Positions 25,862 to 34,408 of a stretch of DNA of 59,213 nucleotides are shown here, piece by piece (the stretch's first letter is position 1; each line of letters starts with the position of its first letter). This DNA comes from a virus (taxonomy: Duplodnaviria > Caudoviricetes), in the IMG/VR virus record IMGVR_UViG_3300012894_000001, positions 1 through 59,213 of that record, one strand, 5' to 3'. A program made the position numbers and the translations under genes. The notes beneath the pieces are model-generated. The model saw nothing but the letters and a program-made list of their open reading frames with translations, searched no databases and was not told the origin of the DNA.

Positions 25862-27184
25862 TCACCCCGAGTTGACGCGACTGCTGCCGCCAGAAATAAC
25901 ACCCGGCCCGGCCGGTGTGGTGACGGGATCGCCGAGGCGGGCCACGGGTGGGCCGCCGTCAGCAAGGGTCATGGTGGCGGCGGTGAGGTCAAGGTGCGCT
26001 ACGCCTCGCAGCGTCGTGGTCATACTGGCTGTTGTCATCAGCAGGCCCTGCCCTGCCCGGTCGCGTAGCGTGACACTTTCCGCCCCGCTCTCGGCCTTCA
26101 ATTCCAAAATCTGACCAGCAGCGTCCTGAAGCAATGCGCGCGGATTGGCATAGACCGATTCATCACTGGTCTTCCCCCTGTCGTCATCCAAGAGGAACCG
26201 CTGACTCATCCCGGTCAGAACGTCGAGCATCTCCAGCTCACCAATGACGTGCAGGACCAGTGGCCTGCTCGGGTCGGCGAGTTGGAAGATCATGATCGCC
26301 GTGCCGCCCGCCTTTACCTTCACCCGACCACCAGGGATCGGGGGAACCAGCGGAACGCGGGTCAACTTTGGGAGCTGCGGATGGTCCGGCTGAAGATCGA
26401 GGTGGTGGTCACCGTGGTCTCGGAGAATTCGACATGGGAAGTGGGCGAGATAGTCAGTGTGCCCCATCACACCGCGCACCACATTCGCCAGCCCGGCCGG
26501 GCCCTGATCCGTACCGTCACCAGTGCTCACGCCACTTCGTAAGCGCTCGCCGACGTGGTGGACCACTCGCGTGACGCGCTTTGCGATTGTTTCGTCGCCC
26601 CGGGTCATGTTCAGGAGCACACCCGGCGCCAGGGTCGGATCGTCAGTCACCACGAAGACACCTTGAGCGCTGTCCTCGCTTTCGATGGCGAGGCGGTTCG
26701 GGTGTTCCTCCCACTGCTCAATGCCGATCCGCACGGTGCCATCAGGCATGACCCGCCAGATGCGCTCCGGGTAGCGGGCCATCAGCGAACCGAGCGCCTC
26801 GAAGGCCGCGCCTGCTGGCCTGATCCAGTGAGGCAGGCTTCCAGGTAGGTCGATATCGCCCGCCACCTCCCCGCATTCTTCGAGAATGTCGCGGGCGATC
26901 TGCTCAGGTGAAAACGAGCGGTAAGCTTTGGCATCAATGATGTTGCTAAGGCCCCCGCTGCCACCGACCACCCGCACCGCTTGAAAGCCGCCTTCCGGCC
27001 CGGCACGATCAACGGCGCATCGGTAGAGTGGCCCACCGTCAAATTGGGCGTCTACGCGATCTCCCTTTTCCAACATCTCTTGGGTGTCCAGTAAAACATC
27101 GGCAACCAAACGCCCTCTCAGAGGCATGATGATCTGCCCAGAAATGACTGGCGCACTCGCCAAAGTGAGATAGGACAAAGGCAT
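25862..27184 (-). CDS. Fused baseplate hub/spike protein (VgrG-like) with PAAR-like tip motif
   Basis: Hub-like N-terminal half, OB-fold-like middle (LTRVPL..VKAGGT..F..DPSRP), beta repeats, C-terminal PVARLGD..GVISGGSSRV. Confidence 0.7.
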   Translation of the reverse strand: MPLSYLTLASAPVISGQIIMPLRGRLVADVLLDTQEMLEKGDRVDAQFDGGPLYRCAVDRAGPEGGFQAVRVVGGSGGLSNIIDAKAYRSFSPEQIARDILEECGEVAGDIDLPGSLPHWIRPAGAAFEALGSLMARYPERIWRVMPDGTVRIGIEQWEEHPNRLAIESEDSAQGVFVVTDDPTLAPGVLLNMTRGDETIAKRVTRVVHHVGERLRSGVSTGDGTDQGPAGLANVVRGVMGHTDYLAHFPCRILRDHGDHHLDLQPDHPQLPKLTRVPLVPPIPGGRVKVKAGGTAIMIFQLADPSRPLVLHVIGELEMLDVLTGMSQRFLLDDDRGKTSDESVYANPRALLQDAAGQILELKAESGAESVTLRDRAGQGLLMTTASMTTTLRGVAHLDLTAATMTLADGGPPVARLGDPVTTPAGPGVISGGSSRVNSG

Positions 27185-27200
27185 CACCTCCAATGAAAAA
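27184..27200. repeat. 17-bp direct repeat, copy 1 (copy 2 at 31589-31605)
   Basis: TCACCTCCAATGAAAAA is exact at both ends of the inserted cassette. Confidence 0.9.
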
Positions 27201-27224
27201 CCGCCCGATGAAGGGCGGTGAAAA
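27196..27224 (-). terminator. Intrinsic terminator ending the inserted cassette
   Basis: ACCGCCC-TTCATC-GGGCGGT-TTTT on the minus strand. Confidence 0.8.
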
Positions 27225-27236
27225 GGTTGGTTGAGT

Positions 27237-28136
27237 TCAATTCAGAGCATCAAGGGTAAGTGTCTTGTCCGGTCTTAGAAGTGGCTCCTGATCGATGGTC
27301 GGCTTCTGCGGCGACTCAGACCACTTCGCGCCTAGATGCTCTACCAATTCAAACAGTCGTTTGACGTAATACGGCGCGAGATGGCTCGCGCCCTCAGGAC
27401 TTTCTGCGATTTGCCTCAGATCGGCCAGACTGTATGCGTCCAAGGCAGTAAGGGCAGCCACCGCCTTCTGCGCAGCATTCTGAAAGCGCTGGGCTGCCTC
27501 TAGAGGTTTCCCATCTTCCAGCTCCTGCCGAGTCATGGTTTTAGGGAGGACGGGAACCAGAATCTTCTTTCCGTCACCCAGTTCCATCTCCTCGACACCT
27601 TGATACGCGGGTGGGGTGTGGCTAGGCTTTGCGGCCTTGGATTTTGGGGGCATGACAGCCATACTGGCAGGCTCGCTCAGCTCGGGCAACTCTTCGAACG
27701 GCGTAGGCTCAGGCTGATACTGCTGATGGTGCTCTTGAATGCGTGCCACCACGTCTTTTCGAGCGATGGGCTCGCCCGCTTCCGCCCGCTGGATGAACTC
27801 TTGTCGAATCGTCTCGGGGGTAGACCCGGAAGCCAGGGCATAGAGAGCAGATGGGGCAACTTCTAAATTCGTAAAATTTACGAATTTGAATTGCTCCGCC
27901 ACCTGCATGAACTTCGAGGCTGCACTTCCCGACCAGCTGAACTCCGCACTAAGCCACGCACTGAAATTTCCATGGCCCAGCACACTCTTGACCTCTGTAA
28001 GTCGCTGTCCAATCTCTACGATGTCCTGGGCGGCTCGGCGGGCGAGGTTGCGAATCTCCCCAGTGTGTTCCTGCACCACTTCGCGCTCAGGCGCCTTCAG
28101 GAGGTCATAGTCAAATTCTCTGGCCTCAGTTTCCAT
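27237..28136 (-). CDS. DUF3102-like domain protein
   Basis: IVEIGQRLTEVKSVLGHGNFSAWLSAEFSWSGSAASKFMQVA..SALYALA. Confidence 0.85.
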   Translation of the reverse strand: METEAREFDYDLLKAPEREVVQEHTGEIRNLARRAAQDIVEIGQRLTEVKSVLGHGNFSAWLSAEFSWSGSAASKFMQVAEQFKFVNFTNLEVAPSALYALASGSTPETIRQEFIQRAEAGEPIARKDVVARIQEHHQQYQPEPTPFEELPELSEPASMAVMPPKSKAAKPSHTPPAYQGVEEMELGDGKKILVPVLPKTMTRQELEDGKPLEAAQRFQNAAQKAVAALTALDAYSLADLRQIAESPEGASHLAPYYVKRLFELVEHLGAKWSESPQKPTIDQEPLLRPDKTLTLDALN

Positions 28137-28770
28137 AAGCTCCCTCGCTGCCGTACTCAGACTCTGGCACGCCCAGCAAGATCGGGTGAATCGCTGGAAG
28201 CTCTTTCAAAACGGTGAGGCCATGGGTGGTGATGGCGGAAGAAGTCAGCCCCTGTTTTTTCTGGCCTTCGCTGATACCGCTTGCCATCTGCGCCATACGG
28301 CTCTGCCATTCGGCCCAGAGATCAGTGGTGGCAATCCCTACACTGCCACGCCAGTCACTCAAGACGCTGATTCCACAGATGTTTACCACGAAGCCCCTCA
28401 GGTACGTCAGGCTGCGGTCAACTTCTTTCACGCTGATGCCCAAGCGCTTGCCAATGTCTTCGCGGCTGATTTTACCGGGGAACTCAGTCTCAATCTCGAC
28501 CAGTACATCGAAATCAATCGCCTTGGGCCGACGCTTGAATCCGGCAGCCTTAAGCTCTTCACGGGCCTGAACAAAGTGTGGGCTCTCGTCAGCGAAGACG
28601 CTGCGCAACATGTTGGCAAACGCACCACCACCGAGCCAATTCTGGCCGAACGCCCCCAGGGGAGCGCCGGGCGTACGGAATGTGGCGTTCAAGACCGAGC
28701 GAGAGTGCTTGGCGCGCTTATAGCGGAGTTCGAGCGGACTGCGTTCCATCAGCGGTTCAATATTCGACAT
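28126..28770 (-). CDS. Hypothetical protein with HTH-like segment
   Basis: GGAGAG SD; ISREDIGKRLGISVKEVDRSL. Confidence 0.65.
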   Translation of the reverse strand: MSNIEPLMERSPLELRYKRAKHSRSVLNATFRTPGAPLGAFGQNWLGGGAFANMLRSVFADESPHFVQAREELKAAGFKRRPKAIDFDVLVEIETEFPGKISREDIGKRLGISVKEVDRSLTYLRGFVVNICGISVLSDWRGSVGIATTDLWAEWQSRMAQMASGISEGQKKQGLTSSAITTHGLTVLKELPAIHPILLGVPESEYGSEGAYGN

Positions 28771-28825
28771 GTTCTCTCCAGCAATGCAAAGCGCCCACCA
28801 TAGAGGGCGAGCGCAGACGCGATGT

Positions 28826-29071
28826 TCAGTTGGTGTCGGCGAAGTACTGATAGTTCCGAATCGCACACAGGGCCCAGTTCATGCCTTCTTGGTCAGCGCT
28901 GTTGACGCAGACGCAGTGGAATCGTCCGCGTTTGATTTGGACGATCAGCGGGTAGAGCGTGCTGAGGGCGCGGAATTCTGGCTCGGTCAAGCTGAACTTC
29001 CCCTTGAAATCGGACATGCGCCAGGAAATGTACCAGCCGCTGCTGTCCTCTTCGGGGCGCGGTGCGCTCAC
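28826..29071 (-). CDS. Hypothetical protein
   Basis: GTGA coupling within the cassette operon. Confidence 0.55.
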   Translation of the reverse strand: MSAPRPEEDSSGWYISWRMSDFKGKFSLTEPEFRALSTLYPLIVQIKRGRFHCVCVNSADQEGMNWALCAIRNYQYFADTN

Positions 29072-29244
29072 TGCACAGCCTTCAGGCTCTTGAGTGCAGA
29101 TCGCTGAGCAATCGAGAGCCCACTCTCAGATTCTTCTCGCTCCAACAGGTTCAGCAACGCTCTCACAGCATTCGGGGAAAGCTCAAGGACGACAACGGGA
29201 ACTGTTATTAAAAAACTACCGGTAAAATATAGTCTTCCCTTCAT
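29068..29244 (-). CDS. Small hypothetical protein
   Basis: ATGA overlap with the HNH gene stop. Confidence 0.5.
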   Translation of the reverse strand: MKGRLYFTGSFLITVPVVVLELSPNAVRALLNLLEREESESGLSIAQRSALKSLKAVQ

Positions 29245-30011
29245 TTCTTGACTGATTCTCTGTAAACCTTGAACTCTTGCGGGGTTCGAGCCCATTTTGA
29301 AGCGTTACAACTTCGGCAAGCTAAACATAGGTTCGCAGGCCAATTTGTACCACCCCTCGAAAGTGGGATTTTATGCTCAACTTCTCCCATCCCATTTAAT
29401 AATGCGTGACAGTAAAAACATGCATCACCCTGAAGAATACGTTTTTGCTGTAGATCATCTTTGTTAAACCTGCCTGAGGCAGATGCCACCCTAGCTTTAC
29501 GCATTGTATTAAATACAACGCGTCGTTTTTTATAACAAGTTTGACATATGCTAGCAGGATTTGCTCTAGATGGTTGCTTGTACATCTCATCAAACGTTTT
29601 ATGCTCTTCGCAATGTCTGCAGTATTTCTTTCCGGGTTGAAGATCAAGATGAAGTTTACGTCTAGACCGATTAGGATTTTTAATATCCGCACGGCGTCTT
29701 GCCTTTTTTGCACATTTTTCATTGTGGCACTTGCGACAAATGCTGCTTCTCAATATGCGGCCCCATCGTAAATGCATATCTTGTAGTAAAGTTAGCTTAT
29801 TACAAGATATGCAGAATCGAAATCCTTCAGGTGCAGTTTTTTGAGGCTCTCTTTTCAGCCTTTCAGGATTTTTTTTACCCTGGCGTCGCACTCGTCGGAT
29901 AGCAGCCTTGAGTTTCCGGCATTTCTCGCAGTCCTGCGTAGGCCTCCCGCGTCCATTCCAGACAATAGCCGTACCGCACTGGCATGTGCGCTCTAACTCC
30001 CCCCTACTCAC
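29241..30011 (-). CDS. HNH endonuclease with N-terminal Zn-finger repeats
   Basis: Multiple CxxC pairs; CFYC..EVEHKIPLSRGGTNWPANLCLACRSCNASK; AT-rich DNA. Confidence 0.9.
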   Translation of the reverse strand: MSRGELERTCQCGTAIVWNGRGRPTQDCEKCRKLKAAIRRVRRQGKKNPERLKREPQKTAPEGFRFCISCNKLTLLQDMHLRWGRILRSSICRKCHNEKCAKKARRRADIKNPNRSRRKLHLDLQPGKKYCRHCEEHKTFDEMYKQPSRANPASICQTCYKKRRVVFNTMRKARVASASGRFNKDDLQQKRILQGDACFYCHALLNGMGEVEHKIPLSRGGTNWPANLCLACRSCNASKWARTPQEFKVYRESVKK

Positions 30012-30330
30012 GCCTGCACCCCTCTTCAAAGCGGGCTGGGCGGTATTCCCAGGGCATCCGGTCAGACTTAGCCCGGTTGCAGTCGGGGCAGGCAATGACG
30101 AGGTTGATCGCATAGTTACTGCCTCCCCTGCTGAGCGGAATGAAGTGGTCCACCTGGAATTTGTTCGGGCCGAAGAAATCGAGCTTGCAGTAACAGTAGT
30201 GGCAGAGGTTGTTTTGCCTGCCGAGCCTTATCATCACGTCCCACTTGTCGAAGGTGCCGACCGCGCCGACTTTCTCAGCGCGGCGGCGGTGGGTGGACCT
30301 GATCTTGTCCCCACCCCGCCGGCCCTTCAT
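30004..30330 (-). CDS. Small HNH endonuclease
   Basis: CHYC..VDHFIPLSRGGSNYAINLVIACPDCNRAK. Confidence 0.9.
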   Translation of the reverse strand: MKGRRGGDKIRSTHRRRAEKVGAVGTFDKWDVMIRLGRQNNLCHYCYCKLDFFGPNKFQVDHFIPLSRGGSNYAINLVIACPDCNRAKSDRMPWEYRPARFEEGCRRE

Positions 30331-30626
30331 CAGTGAACCTTCCCGCCGAACCGCTCTTCCAGTTGAGCACCGACCCGGTTCATCTGCTCCCGAAGGTTGA
30401 TCTTCGAGCTGTACTTGCCGTCCTCCCAGGTGAGCAGCCATGCCAGGGCGGCCTGTTCGAGCAGCAGTTCGAGGTGATCGAAGGCGGCGTAGTGGAGGGC
30501 GGTGTGCTTCATGCACTTCGGGCAGAAGTATTCCGGCTCACCGTCGTTCATCGAGAGCACGCCGTTTGGCACGTTGCAGCCGTCGCACTTTCCGATGATG
30601 CTGCGGGGGAAGTTACTCGGCTGCAT
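30330..30626 (-). CDS. Zn-finger hypothetical protein
   Basis: GGGAGG SD before MQPS; CDGC..CPKC. Confidence 0.65.
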   Translation of the reverse strand: MQPSNFPRSIIGKCDGCNVPNGVLSMNDGEPEYFCPKCMKHTALHYAAFDHLELLLEQAALAWLLTWEDGKYSSKINLREQMNRVGAQLEERFGGKVH

Positions 30627-30884
30627 CTGCCCCCTCCCGCGCATCTTCTCTTTCCTCAAGATCTTTCTGATTGATAAAGTCGGCGTGCGACCGAATAGCG
30701 GCCAGCATAAGAGTCGCTGTGGAGTGGTCCTCTGCGGTGAGACAGGCCACCGAGAAACTCTGACCACGATAGGCGGGCTGAGCGAGAAGCGGAACCAGCC
30801 CGCCTATCGCACGAACCTCGGCAAGGTTCAGGGAATTGCCGACAGCCAGTTTGATGTATTGCTCTCTCCCGCTGATGTACCAGC

Positions 30885-31163
30885 TCACGCGACCTTCTCC
30901 ACGCTGCCCTGGCTGCACTTGGCATCCGCGATGATCTCGGCCACGTCCTGCATGGTGGCGGGGTTGCCGTTGACCGTGTAGGTGAGGTCGGCGGGCTGGG
31001 CGCTCTGCTGGCCGGTCATGGTCACGGTGTAGTGGTGGCTGCCGATCCGAACGCGGTCCATCTCGACCCAGACAAGAACACTAAAGGTCTTGGTTAAAGG
31101 GGCGCTCAGGGCGGGCTGTGACGGCTGTGTGACGGCTTCTGCGTATACTGTCATGTAATCCAC
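30885..31163 (-). CDS. Hypothetical protein, first gene of the cassette operon
   Basis: GAGGTG SD; downstream of the cassette promoter. Confidence 0.65.
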   Translation of the reverse strand: MDYMTVYAEAVTQPSQPALSAPLTKTFSVLVWVEMDRVRIGSHHYTVTMTGQQSAQPADLTYTVNGNPATMQDVAEIIADAKCSQGSVEKVA

Positions 31164-31219
31164 CTCAACTCGGATTCCAAGAAGGGCGCTTTCCTAGGGC
31201 GTCCCCCTTCTTGGTTCCT

Positions 31220-31310
31220 CTATATTACTATATTTAGTAACACAGGTCAAGGATACGTAATTAAATTACTTGATTAGCTTGAAAGTTACGCAGAACCGGT
31301 ATACACTGTC
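31220..31310. promoter_or_regulatory. Divergent promoters of the cassette with a palindromic operator
   Basis: Minus strand TTGACC-N17-TAATAT overlapped by TTACTA-TATT-TAGTAA (31225-31240); plus strand TTGAAA-N17-TACACT. Confidence 0.75.
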
Positions 31311-31326
31311 TGAGAGGTGAGCGGGA

Positions 31327-31578
31327 ATGACTACAATGATGGATATGGGACGCATCAAAGTTCGGCTGCCGGTAGTGATGGCCGAGCATCGAATCAAACA
31401 GAAACAGTTGGCCGAGGCTTCTGGCCTACGCCCGGCCACCATTAACGCTCTTTATAACGAGCAGGCAAAGGGCATCCAATGGGAAACCCTCGCCCAACTC
31501 CTCGACGGATTGCACAAACTTACCGGGCAGGCCTACGCAATTTCCGATCTGCTTGAATACGATCCAGAAGTCAATTAG
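31327..31578 (+). CDS. Small XRE/Cro-type HTH repressor of the cassette
   Basis: IKVRLPVVMAEHRIKQKQLAEASGLRPATINALYN..ISDLLEY. Confidence 0.9.
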   Translation: MTTMMDMGRIKVRLPVVMAEHRIKQKQLAEASGLRPATINALYNEQAKGIQWETLAQLLDGLHKLTGQAYAISDLLEYDPEVN

Positions 31579-31600
31579 ACACATACCCTCACCTCCAATG

Positions 31601-31634
31601 AAAAAGCCCCAGGCATCGCTGCTGGGGCTTTTCT
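31601..31634. terminator. Bidirectional intrinsic terminator
   Basis: AAAAAGCCCCAG-N-CTGGGGCTTTT between convergent genes. Confidence 0.85.
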
Positions 31635-31650
31635 CTGATCTGTACTACTT

Positions 31651-32058
31651 CTAGTCTGCGGCTTGTCCTAGTGCAGGTTGAAGAGGGGCGCGAATAACAC
31701 GCCCAGTCTTCCGGTCTGTCATCACGATCACTGCATCGTAGTCGAGGGCGTCTGCATGTTCACCGACCGAGGAAATCTTGGGATTGGCGGCGGCATTCTC
31801 GATCTGCGAGATGCGCCCTTTGGTGACGGTTTTCAGTTCTGCGACTTGCTCAGCGGTCAGCCTTCTGCGTTGGCGGGCCACCTTGAACGCCTCACCGATG
31901 CTGTCAGCAACAAAGGCAGCGCCAAAATCAGACTCGATTCCGCCTTCTCCCTCAGCCGTCAACAAGCCTTCAGGTAGATCCTCAGCCGGAGTAATGCTCC
32001 CGTCTTCATTCAACGCGGCTTCAAGGAGGGCCAGTTTTGCTCTCAGACGTTCGTTCAT
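31651..32058 (-). CDS. XRE HTH antitoxin (HigA-like)
   Basis: ARQRRRLTAEQVAELKTVTKGRISQIENAAANPKISS; acidic N-terminus; ATGA overlap with the toxin gene. Confidence 0.8.
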   Translation of the reverse strand: MNERLRAKLALLEAALNEDGSITPAEDLPEGLLTAEGEGGIESDFGAAFVADSIGEAFKVARQRRRLTAEQVAELKTVTKGRISQIENAAANPKISSVGEHADALDYDAVIVMTDRKTGRVIRAPLQPALGQAAD

Positions 32059-32444
32059 ATCACTCCTTTTCTGCCTGTTTTCACAGCCAGCGACATATCT
32101 ACGGCCTCTTCAATAAGGTCGTAGTCTGGATCATCACCATCCACTTTGTACTCGGCATTCGCCAGAATAGGCCTACCATCTCTTTGCCAGAAAAGGTAGA
32201 CCCTTGCGCCGCCAGCGAGACCGCCTCTGGTATGAGGCTTTAATTCCGAAATGCCGCGATAGCCCTGTAAAGAGAAATGGAAGCTGCTCCCATGTCCGTT
32301 TACACGAAGGTCTCGGCACATCCAAATACACTCGCTGACCGTCTCCCGGTAACCACCTCTGTTGAGGTCCAGGAGGCACTCGATGATGCGAGGATTCTTG
32401 GCGTGAAGCCTGTCAGGGTTTCGCGCATAGATCAATCCAGGCAC
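32055..32444 (-). CDS. RelE/HigB-like toxin
   Basis: GISELKP..GGARVYLF..ILANAEYK fits the RelE/Gp49 pattern; toxin-before-HTH gene order. Confidence 0.7.
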   Translation of the reverse strand: MPGLIYARNPDRLHAKNPRIIECLLDLNRGGYRETVSECIWMCRDLRVNGHGSSFHFSLQGYRGISELKPHTRGGLAGGARVYLFWQRDGRPILANAEYKVDGDDPDYDLIEEAVDMSLAVKTGRKGVI

Positions 32445-32480
32445 GTGTTTAGTCTAAGCTATACCTGCAACTATTGCAAC
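32445..32480 (-). promoter_or_regulatory. Leaderless promoter of the TA operon with a palindromic operator
   Basis: TTGCAA-N17-TAGACT-N6-GTG; TGCAA-N3-TTGCA palindrome overlapping the -35 element. Confidence 0.75.
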
Positions 32481-32659
32481 AATGACTTGGGCACCTTCTC
32501 CGCCCCACTACCGGCATTCGCTCCAGTTCATATCGGCCAAATTGGCCGTTTTCGATCTGATAGGGAAATGTAGAATCAGGAATTCAGATCTCTCTGCCCG
32601 CCGAATGCGTGGGCTTTATTTTGCCGCCCTCCCCACTTGAGCTTGTGCCACCATGAGGG

Positions 32660-33166
32660 ATGAGACGACTCATCCTGACTTTTGCTGCCATGCTACTGAG
32701 TGGGTGTGCATCTCACGGGCCGTCGGAAGCGGCCGTAGATGGATTTCTCGGAGCATTAAAGAAAGGGGATGACGCCCTGGCCCGCACATATGTAGTCGAG
32801 GGTCAGGACTTCCAGGCGCTCCAAATTGCCGATGCAAACGCCAGCGCCCATGAGCTTATGGCCCGCATCTGGAAGCACATGTCATTTCAGGTTGGCAAGC
32901 AGTACAGCGGGATTCAGGGTCTTCCAATGGTACCAGTCCAGCTCAAAACGGTTGATCTTCAAAAAGTCATCGAGGAAATGGAAGGCGCTCAATTTCCCGA
33001 TACATCCCAGCAAGCCTATTTAGACCGTCTAGATTCTGGTGATCTACCCATGAAAGAGGCCCGGTACGAAGTGCCGGTTTACAAGGAACAGGACGACTGG
33101 AAACTATTCAGCACTGGTGATTTGAACGAGGCGCTGACGGGTATGTTCATCCCGATCAAGCCCTGA
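32660..33166 (+). CDS. Lipoprotein moron (candidate superinfection exclusion)
   Basis: MRRLILTFAAMLLSGC lipobox; opposite strand to the tail operon. Confidence 0.75.
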   Translation: MRRLILTFAAMLLSGCASHGPSEAAVDGFLGALKKGDDALARTYVVEGQDFQALQIADANASAHELMARIWKHMSFQVGKQYSGIQGLPMVPVQLKTVDLQKVIEEMEGAQFPDTSQQAYLDRLDSGDLPMKEARYEVPVYKEQDDWKLFSTGDLNEALTGMFIPIKP

Positions 33167-33171
33167 GGTGG

Positions 33172-34395
33172 CTATCTGACGCCCGGAAACTGACTGGCCG
33201 TCGCATTGACCGGCCGAGCCAGCCTGAACGCACCGGGCGGGGCGGGTGGATTGTTGCTCGGAGCGCTGGAGAGAGCAGGTTGCCCCTGGGGGGCCGAAGA
33301 AATTGGTGCAGGCGGCCCCTGTATCAGCTTTTTAGGCACGAGCCGAAGTGCAGGCTTGCCGATGCTAGTCGGCGTGCCAAGGGCACTTATGGAGGTGACC
33401 CCTCGCGCATCTACCGGCCTGCCGGCTGCATCGAAGCCGGTTGCACGCCCCGCTGCATCAACCTTCCCGTGCTTGGCGAGGTAAGTGACCATAGAGTTTG
33501 AGATAACGTTTTTGCCGTCCCAGACGCCAACGTGGCCTGCGCCGCTCTTGTCGTGGGCGAAAAATATTAAATCGCCTGGCTGAAGGCTCGCCTGCGCCGC
33601 CGCGCTCCAGGGGATGGACAACTCAGCCGACTTGAACCTTCCCTCTGTCTGAAGCGCTGTGTCTCCGAAATACTTCGGATCGCCGCCGGAATCCTGCCAG
33701 ACATACCGGGCAAAGGTGGAACAATACCCGCCCGATGCAGTGGTGTGGTAGCCATCCCGGCTATATCGAGGGGTGGCGACTAAGTTCCTTTGGGCTGCCG
33801 CCAGCACCTTCTGTCCCTCTGCAGAGGTAGACACAGCAGCGCGGCCACCAGTTAATGACGGCCCCGTCCCACTACCCGAACCCGGTATCTTCAACCCCGT
33901 CCCATCGTCGGACGGCAGCACTCCCGTCTTCGCCTTAAGCTGTTCCCGAAAGACTAGGGAGACGATGTACCCGGTGCGAGGGCTGTACGGCTGGCTCTGC
34001 TCGGAAACGAAGTACAGCCGCTTGATCCGCCTGCTTGTCACCTCTGGATGGGCACAAGCGAAGATGGACATCCGGTTGATCGGAGGCGTGGTGCCAGCTT
34101 TGATCTCCGCCGCCGTTGGGGGTGGAGTCTTTTCAGTGCCACGCCGGAAGATCGCCAGTACGTCACGGTATTTCAGCCACTCGGCATGCTCGGTCATGGT
34201 GAGTTGAACGGAAACCTCTCCGGTCGGCTCATTGATCTGAGCCTGAGTGTTGCCACCCCCTGGTGTGTCCTGGCTGTCGAGATTGGCGGCGAGGCCGACC
34301 GTGACCCGCGCCGTGCCAGGCAGAACGATCCGCTTCGATCCGATGAGCAGCACGAAGGTGTCATGCAAACCCGGCTGTGCAATGGGACTGCTCAG
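33172..34395 (-). CDS. Tail-associated protein with C-terminal NlpC/P60 (CHAP-like) hydrolase domain
   Basis: GGYCSTFARYVW..PGDLIFF..GHVGVW Cys/His motifs; follows the tape measure gene; probable CTG start after AGGAGGTG. Confidence 0.8.
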   Translation of the reverse strand: MSSPIAQPGLHDTFVLLIGSKRIVLPGTARVTVGLAANLDSQDTPGGGNTQAQINEPTGEVSVQLTMTEHAEWLKYRDVLAIFRRGTEKTPPPTAAEIKAGTTPPINRMSIFACAHPEVTSRRIKRLYFVSEQSQPYSPRTGYIVSLVFREQLKAKTGVLPSDDGTGLKIPGSGSGTGPSLTGGRAAVSTSAEGQKVLAAAQRNLVATPRYSRDGYHTTASGGYCSTFARYVWQDSGGDPKYFGDTALQTEGRFKSAELSIPWSAAAQASLQPGDLIFFAHDKSGAGHVGVWDGKNVISNSMVTYLAKHGKVDAAGRATGFDAAGRPVDARGVTSISALGTPTSIGKPALRLVPKKLIQGPPAPISSAPQGQPALSSAPSNNPPAPPGAFRLARPVNATASQFPGVR

Positions 34396-34408
34396 AACTT
34401 CACCTCCT

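Larger units (their letters stand above)
27201..31588. mobile_element. 4.4-kb inserted cassette (two HNH genes, DUF3102-like gene, own repressor) inside the tail operon
   Basis: Bounded by exact 17-bp direct repeats, lower GC, own divergent promoters, non-structural genes. Confidence 0.65.
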
